Source of the DNA: a bacterium
GTDB taxonomy: Bacteria > Patescibacteriota > CPR2 > UBA1875 > JAJYID01
Direction: 5' to 3'
Length of the DNA stretch: 64,000 bases
Assembly: GCA_030647205.1 (NCBI GenBank)
Contig: JAUSJO010000005.1
Coordinates: 10,523-74,522 of the forward strand
The position numbers and the translations under genes were made by a program. The notes beneath the pieces are model-generated. The model was not told the origin of the DNA. It made no database searches and worked only from the letters and a program-made list of their open reading frames with translations. Positions 58,948 through 64,000 of the stretch are shown here, piece after piece. Within the stretch, counting starts at the first letter, position 1, and each line of letters opens with the position of its first letter.

Positions 58948-59730
58948 ATGATAGAAACATTATCAAAACTGGGATTATCAAAGAACGAAGCTCTAGTTTA
59001 TGCCGCTTTGATATCTCACTCTCCTGCAGGAGCTTCTTATTTATCCAAGAAATGTGCCTTAGCGAGAAGCAGTGTGTATACGGCGCTTGCAAGTTTGACC
59101 GCAAAAGGTCTTGTCGGAACATCGTATAAAAATGAAATAAAACAGTTTGTAGCTGAAGATTTAAGCGCTGTCAAAGAAATGCTTGAAAAAGAGAGGTTGG
59201 AAACGGAAAAAAGACTCCAGCTTTTTGAGAAGGAACAAAGCGCGCTTCAAATGCTAAAGGCCGATTGGCTCAAAGTGCCAAATATCGTTATATTTGAAGG
59301 CCAAGAAGGTCTTAAAAAGACGTATATGTCTATGATGCGACAAATAGAACCGGGTTCTGTAATGTATGTGATAAGAGATGAGTTTGTTTGGCATCCCTCG
59401 TGGCACTTCATTTTTGAGAAAGAGTGGCACAAAAAAGTAAAGAGCATCAAGGCAGAAAAAGATATTCAGACTAAGCTGTTGGTCAACGACTCGAAAGAAG
59501 AAAGGATTAACCAGGAACTTTATGAAAAAAGGAAGGGTCTTGCAGTTCGCTTTTTGCCAAAGGATGACAGGCTGGAAAAATTCGCCATATATATAAACAA
59601 AGACACTTTTGCGATGCTTTCATTTGAGAAAGGCAATATGGTCGGGGTAAAAATAACAAATAAAAACTTGGCAGAGAACAATATCAAGATTTTCAAGTCG
59701 CTTTGGGATAAGTCGAAGAAACTAAAATAA
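58948..59730 (+). CDS. TrmB-family transcriptional regulator
   Basis: L..LGLS.NEA.VY.AL, RSSVY..L..L..KGLV, FEG.EG. Confidence 0.88.
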   Translation: MIETLSKLGLSKNEALVYAALISHSPAGASYLSKKCALARSSVYTALASLTAKGLVGTSYKNEIKQFVAEDLSAVKEMLEKERLETEKRLQLFEKEQSALQMLKADWLKVPNIVIFEGQEGLKKTYMSMMRQIEPGSVMYVIRDEFVWHPSWHFIFEKEWHKKVKSIKAEKDIQTKLLVNDSKEERINQELYEKRKGLAVRFLPKDDRLEKFAIYINKDTFAMLSFEKGNMVGVKITNKNLAENNIKIFKSLWDKSKKLK

Positions 59731-59776
59731 TTTCAGCTTTGATATTTTCTCTGAAACCCTATACAATTAAACAGTA

Positions 59777-61036
59777 ATGAAGAAGTTAATTGCAAGCGCC
59801 TTAAAACGAAAACCGAAAGACCCCGTCTATGTCGCTCTCGACATTGGTACGGAGTTTGTTAAGGCTCTGGTTTTTAAGATCGAAAATGGCAAGGCTGTGG
59901 TGCGCGGAGTTGGCAGGCAGAGGCAGCGTCTCGGTGATATGCATGGCGGGGCGGTGACGGATATTTCCGGCTGTGTAGAAAACTGCGCCAAAGCGCTTGA
60001 TGTGGCTGAGGAGCAAGCGGGAATGATTTCCGACTATGCGGTTATAGGTATTGCCGGTGAACTGGTGAAGGGAACAACGACAACGGTTCATTATGAAAGG
60101 CTGAAGCCAAAAACGCGGATTGACTATAACGAACTCAAAAATATCGTGAATAAAGTTCAGTGGAAGGCTTTTGATGCTGCACGTCAGCAGCTTGCGTGGG
60201 AAACGGGGCATGAGGAAGTCGATGTGAAGCTGGTAAATGCATCTATAGTTGACGTTAAAATAGACGGCTACCGTGTGACAAATCCGATGGGTTTTCAGGG
60301 AAAAGATGTAAGCGTTGGGGTATTTAATGCTTTTGCGCCGCTTGTTCACCTCGGAGCGCTTCAAACTATCGCATCTGACCTAGATTTAGATTTACTTTCA
60401 ATCGCGGCTGAGCCGTATGCGGTAGCAAAAAGTGTTGGTAGTGAAGAGGCAGGCGAGTTCAGTGCGATATTTATAGATATAGGTGGCGGAACGTCAGACG
60501 TTGCCGTGGTTCGAAATGGCGGACTTGAAGGGACAAAGATGTTTGCCATCGGAGGTAGAAGCTTTACTAAAAGGCTTTCCCAGGTCTTAAATGTATCATT
60601 TGCCAAAGCCGAACAGATTAAACTAGCCTATTCTAAGGGCGATTTAGAAGAGAAGAGCGAGAAGCAGATTCGTGAAGCACTGGAAGCTGATGCCGAAGTT
60701 TGGCTTTCCGGAATAGAGCTTTCGCTCTCAGAGTTTTCAAATGTTGATCTTCTGCCATCGAGAATCATGCTTTGCGGAGGTGGTTCGGCACTTCCTGAGA
60801 TTAAAAAAGCGCTTGAAAAGTCAGGCTGGTACAAGGATTTGCCATTTGCAAAAAAACCGCAGGTGAGCTTTATAAGCCCAGATGAAGTAAATAATGTAAT
60901 AGATAAAACGGGTGAGATAAAAAATCAACAAGACATAACACCTATGGGTCTTGCAAATTTGGCTTTAAATATTGAAACCGAAGAAGACGTTTTGCCATCG
61001 ATCTTGTCAAAAGCCGTCAAGGTAATGCAGAACTAG
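59777..61036 (+). CDS. FtsA/PilM-like actin-fold ATPase
   Basis: LDIGT..VK, AEPYA, IDIGGGTSD, GG..FT, AEQIK, LCGGGS.L. Confidence 0.85.
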   Translation: MKKLIASALKRKPKDPVYVALDIGTEFVKALVFKIENGKAVVRGVGRQRQRLGDMHGGAVTDISGCVENCAKALDVAEEQAGMISDYAVIGIAGELVKGTTTTVHYERLKPKTRIDYNELKNIVNKVQWKAFDAARQQLAWETGHEEVDVKLVNASIVDVKIDGYRVTNPMGFQGKDVSVGVFNAFAPLVHLGALQTIASDLDLDLLSIAAEPYAVAKSVGSEEAGEFSAIFIDIGGGTSDVAVVRNGGLEGTKMFAIGGRSFTKRLSQVLNVSFAKAEQIKLAYSKGDLEEKSEKQIREALEADAEVWLSGIELSLSEFSNVDLLPSRIMLCGGGSALPEIKKALEKSGWYKDLPFAKKPQVSFISPDEVNNVIDKTGEIKNQQDITPMGLANLALNIETEEDVLPSILSKAVKVMQN

Positions 61037-61072
61037 TTTATGTTGAACGTTAAGTGTAGAATATAACAAACT

Positions 61073-62716
61073 ATGGAACGAAAAATATTATATTTAGAAA
61101 TCGATGAAGAGATAACCTCAGTTATCGACCGCTTGAAGAAAACGGCTGAGGCTGATATTCATTTGGTTGTGCCAAAGGAGGCTGCGCTTCTACAAAGTAT
61201 TGTTAATCTTAAGCTTTTAAAAAGACAGGCAGATACTTTAGGAAAACAAATCCAGATTATTACACATGACAAGGTTGGAAGAAACCTGGCTGAACAGGTT
61301 GGTATAAGCAGTGCATCAAGAGTGGGCGAAGAAGCGAAGATGCCCGTGGAACCGGTTCAAGAGCCTGAAGCAGAGATTCAATATAAAGAAAAAGAACCTG
61401 TGGTAGAGGAAACAAAAGAAGTAGTTTTCAAAAAAGGCGCGGTGCTTGATAAGAGCGAGAAAGAAAAGACGCCATATTTGCCGAAAGAGGAAGAACCAAA
61501 AGGCAAAGGTGTAGACAAAGACGTGCAGAAAAAGAAAATGAGCGAACTTTTGCCGAAATTTCCTCATAAAAAGTTCATTATCCTTGCTTCTGTCATCGGA
61601 CTCCTGCTCTTGATATTCCTTTATGTGTATATTCCAATGACGAATATCAAGATAAAGGTGCTCTCAGAGAAACAGGATATGAGCACCACCATAACAGTTG
61701 ATCAGAATACAAAAGAAGTGAACCAATCTTCTGATACTATTCCCGGAGATTTAATCACCGTGGACAAAACAGTAACGAAGAAATATCAGTCTACGGGAAA
61801 GAAAAATATCGGGGCAAAGGCGCAAGGGACTATAACCGTGAAAAATGCGTATAGCACACTTTCTCAGACTTTAGTTGCAGGGACCAGATTTGAGGCAAAT
61901 GGGCTTGTGTTTAGAACCCAGTCTGATGTTGATGTGCCGGGATATACAGATTCTGGTGGGGGAAATATTACACCTGGAACGGCCAATGTAAGCGCTATAG
62001 CAGATAGCGCGGGGGATCAATATAATATCTCATCGTCATCTTTTCGTATTCCTGCCTTTTCCGGAACGGCTAAGTATGACAAAATAACAGGTTCAACTGC
62101 CTCAGCTATGGCAGGAGGATCTACAAAAGAGGTAAAAGTGGTCAGCGCATCTGATATCTCTGATGCTAAAAAGGCCTTCGGTGATGATGCGAAGAATGAG
62201 ATTAAAAAAGAAGGTCAGGATAAGATGAAGCAAGACGAAACGTTGGGTGATAATGCTCAGAAAGTTACGGTCGGGACACTTTCTGTTTCAAAAAGTGCTG
62301 ACGATGAGGCAGACGACTTTACTGTTTCGGCGCCTACAACATTTAGGGGTCTTGCGTACAAAAAAGACGATCTTACAAAAGTTGTGTTTGAAGATTTCAA
62401 GAGTAAAACAGGGCCAAACAAGCAAATATTAGAAGATAAACTGGATGGTGCTGATGTAAGCTTTAATGACATTAACCTTGAGAAAGGGACTGCTTCTGGA
62501 GATGTCAAAGCATCGTTGCATCTAGGGACAAAGATAGATGAGCAAAAGCTAAAAGTTGAGATTAGTGGTCAAAGCGAACAAAAAGCAAGGGATTACATCA
62601 CGCATCTGGATGGTATTGACTCTGTAGACATGAGTTTCTTCCCGGGATTCTGGAAGAAGGTTTCACGACTAAAAAGCCATATATATATCAAAACGGAGTT
62701 CGCTGAGAAGCAGTAA
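61073..62716 (+). CDS. Single-pass membrane protein with baseplate-J/gp47-like external region
   Basis: LYLEIDEEITSVIDRL N-domain; TM; TG.K..G.KA.G.I, L.AGT.F, A...G..YNI, GGS. Confidence 0.7.
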   Translation: MERKILYLEIDEEITSVIDRLKKTAEADIHLVVPKEAALLQSIVNLKLLKRQADTLGKQIQIITHDKVGRNLAEQVGISSASRVGEEAKMPVEPVQEPEAEIQYKEKEPVVEETKEVVFKKGAVLDKSEKEKTPYLPKEEEPKGKGVDKDVQKKKMSELLPKFPHKKFIILASVIGLLLLIFLYVYIPMTNIKIKVLSEKQDMSTTITVDQNTKEVNQSSDTIPGDLITVDKTVTKKYQSTGKKNIGAKAQGTITVKNAYSTLSQTLVAGTRFEANGLVFRTQSDVDVPGYTDSGGGNITPGTANVSAIADSAGDQYNISSSSFRIPAFSGTAKYDKITGSTASAMAGGSTKEVKVVSASDISDAKKAFGDDAKNEIKKEGQDKMKQDETLGDNAQKVTVGTLSVSKSADDEADDFTVSAPTTFRGLAYKKDDLTKVVFEDFKSKTGPNKQILEDKLDGADVSFNDINLEKGTASGDVKASLHLGTKIDEQKLKVEISGQSEQKARDYITHLDGIDSVDMSFFPGFWKKVSRLKSHIYIKTEFAEKQ

Positions 62717-63117
62717 TGGGAAAGTTTATAGCACTCGACATTGGAGAAAAAAGAGTTGGAGTGGCCCATAGTGATGATATGGGGAGCTTCGCTTTCCCCC
62801 TTATGACGCTAAATGCTGACGAGAACATTGGCGCCGAGCTAGACAAAGTCATTCATGATGAAAAGCCTGAGAAGATAGTTGTGGGGCAGCCCCGTAATAT
62901 GGATGGAACGCTGGGGTTTCAGGCCGAAAGAGTGAAGGAATTTGTAAAAAAGTATCTTACGAGTTATGATACTTTGGTTGACTATGAAGATGAGTCGGTA
63001 ACTTCCATAGAAGCTGAAAAATTGATGAAAATGGAAGGCAAAGACCCTCGAAAGGAAAAAAGTCTAATAGATATGTACGCGGCAAAAATAATATTAGAAA
63101 GTTACTTAGAGAGATGA
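62716..63117 (+). CDS. ruvX: YqgF/RuvX-family nuclease
   Basis: ALDIGEKRVGVA.SD, VVG.P..MDG, DE..TS..A, D..AA..IL. Confidence 0.93.
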   Translation: MGKFIALDIGEKRVGVAHSDDMGSFAFPLMTLNADENIGAELDKVIHDEKPEKIVVGQPRNMDGTLGFQAERVKEFVKKYLTSYDTLVDYEDESVTSIEAEKLMKMEGKDPRKEKSLIDMYAAKIILESYLER

Positions 63118-64000
63118 TGTTGAATACAAATTTTGTCCAGAAAGAAAAAAAATTGTGGATTGAAAAGAAGAGATTCTTTATTCCAATTATTTTTGTTGTT
63201 TTAATCTTTCTTGGTTCGATTTTTAGTGTATTCTATGTCGATACTCGGGTCAAAAAGCCCATGTCAGGGAGCGCCCAAGAAGTGCAGTTCACGGTTGTAA
63301 AAGGTGAAAGTACTACAGAAATCAGCAAAGATTTGGAACAAAAAGGTATTGTTCAAAACTCATTTATCTTTCTTTTGTACCTAAAATATAAGGGGCAGGG
63401 TACCTTAGTTCAGGCAGGTGACTACAAAATAGCCAAAAATCTGACAATGATTCAGGTACTGGATATCATTACTCAAGGCAAGATAACAAGCAGTAAAATT
63501 ACCTTTCCCGAAGGTTGGACGAATAAACAGATTGAGGAGGAAATAGTAAAAAAAGGTATTGGTAGTAGCGAGGATGCCAAAAATGCGATCAACAAAAAAT
63601 ATAACTACGATTTCCTGAAAGAAAGTCCAAGCGGCGATCTGCAGGGATTTCTCTTCCCGGATACTTACTTTGTATCATCAAGGCCGACTTCGCAAGAGGT
63701 GATAGATAAGATGCTAAAAGAGTTTTCGGATAAGGCTGACCAAAAGATCCGTGCCGGAGCGGGCAAACAAGGTTTAGACTATTATCAAATACTGACTCTT
63801 GCCTCGATCGTTGAGAGGGAAGTGACAAGCAGTGAGGATAAGAAAAAAGTGGCAAGTGTCTTTATAAACAGATTAAACATTGGTATGAAACTGGACTCCT
63901 GCGCTACGGTTGAATATGTTTTGGGCACAAATAAAAGGATTTTATCTGAAGATGATATCAGCATAGATTCTCCATATAATACATATAAAAATACAGGACT
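63114..64000 (+). CDS. mltG: Endolytic transglycosylase MltG (3' partial; not in ORF track)
   Basis: Manual translation: TM, AGDY, ITFPEGW, QGFLFPDTY, LASIVERE, VF.NRL..GMKL, DSPYNTY. Confidence 0.93.
   Translation, partial: MMLNTNFVQKEKKLWIEKKRFFIPIIFVVLIFLGSIFSVFYVDTRVKKPMSGSAQEVQFTVVKGESTTEISKDLEQKGIVQNSFIFLLYLKYKGQGTLVQAGDYKIAKNLTMIQVLDIITQGKITSSKITFPEGWTNKQIEEEIVKKGIGSSEDAKNAINKKYNYDFLKESPSGDLQGFLFPDTYFVSSRPTSQEVIDKMLKEFSDKADQKIRAGAGKQGLDYYQILTLASIVEREVTSSEDKKKVASVFINRLNIGMKLDSCATVEYVLGTNKRILSEDDISIDSPYNTYKNTG

Noticed and set aside
14806-62716. T6SS or contractile injection system (ClpV-like, baseplate-J-like and fibre genes together)
   Set aside because: Components are scattered over 48 kb, and no sheath, tube or spike genes are visible.
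1-64000. Many short antisense or alternate-frame ORFs in the track (e.g. 26026-26814, 33792-34334, 59801-60364)
   Set aside because: They overlap well-supported genes and show no recognisable motifs; treated as shadow ORFs.

Overview
Gene-dense bacterial chromosomal segment (code 11; nearly all genes on +). The gene set (short AlaRS and MetRS, membrane-anchored Clp ATPase, FtsA-like/baseplate-J-like pair, TrmB-type regulator, giant membrane-anchored repeat proteins) suggests a Patescibacteria/CPR-type organism; this is inference, since no marker gene is present. 1-31 kb: glycolysis/fermentation cluster (tpiA, fba, ppsA, eno, apgM, PfkB kinase, ADP-forming acyl-CoA ligase, 4-subunit 2-oxoacid:ferredoxin oxidoreductase) interrupted by two giant mosaic phage-fibre-like surface proteins and a membrane Clp module. 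31-55 kb: pcrA, a structured intergenic region, G5/transglycosylase gene, rsmA, rsmI, metG, tatD, tandem HAD and MFS pairs, iscS-iscU led by an orphan Phd-fold CxxC gene, trxA, mnmA, alaS. 55.4-59.7 kb: the only minus-strand block, a CoA operon (coaE, coaD, split coaB and coaC, no pantothenate kinase) with an embedded transglutaminase-like gene, a DUF3307-like membrane gene and a divergent TrmB-like regulator; this is the best candidate for an undescribed system. 59.8-64 kb: FtsA-like, baseplate-J-like, ruvX, mltG. No tRNA, rRNA, CRISPR array, integrase, transposase or reverse transcriptase was recognised. All calls are by-eye motif recognition, not database searches.
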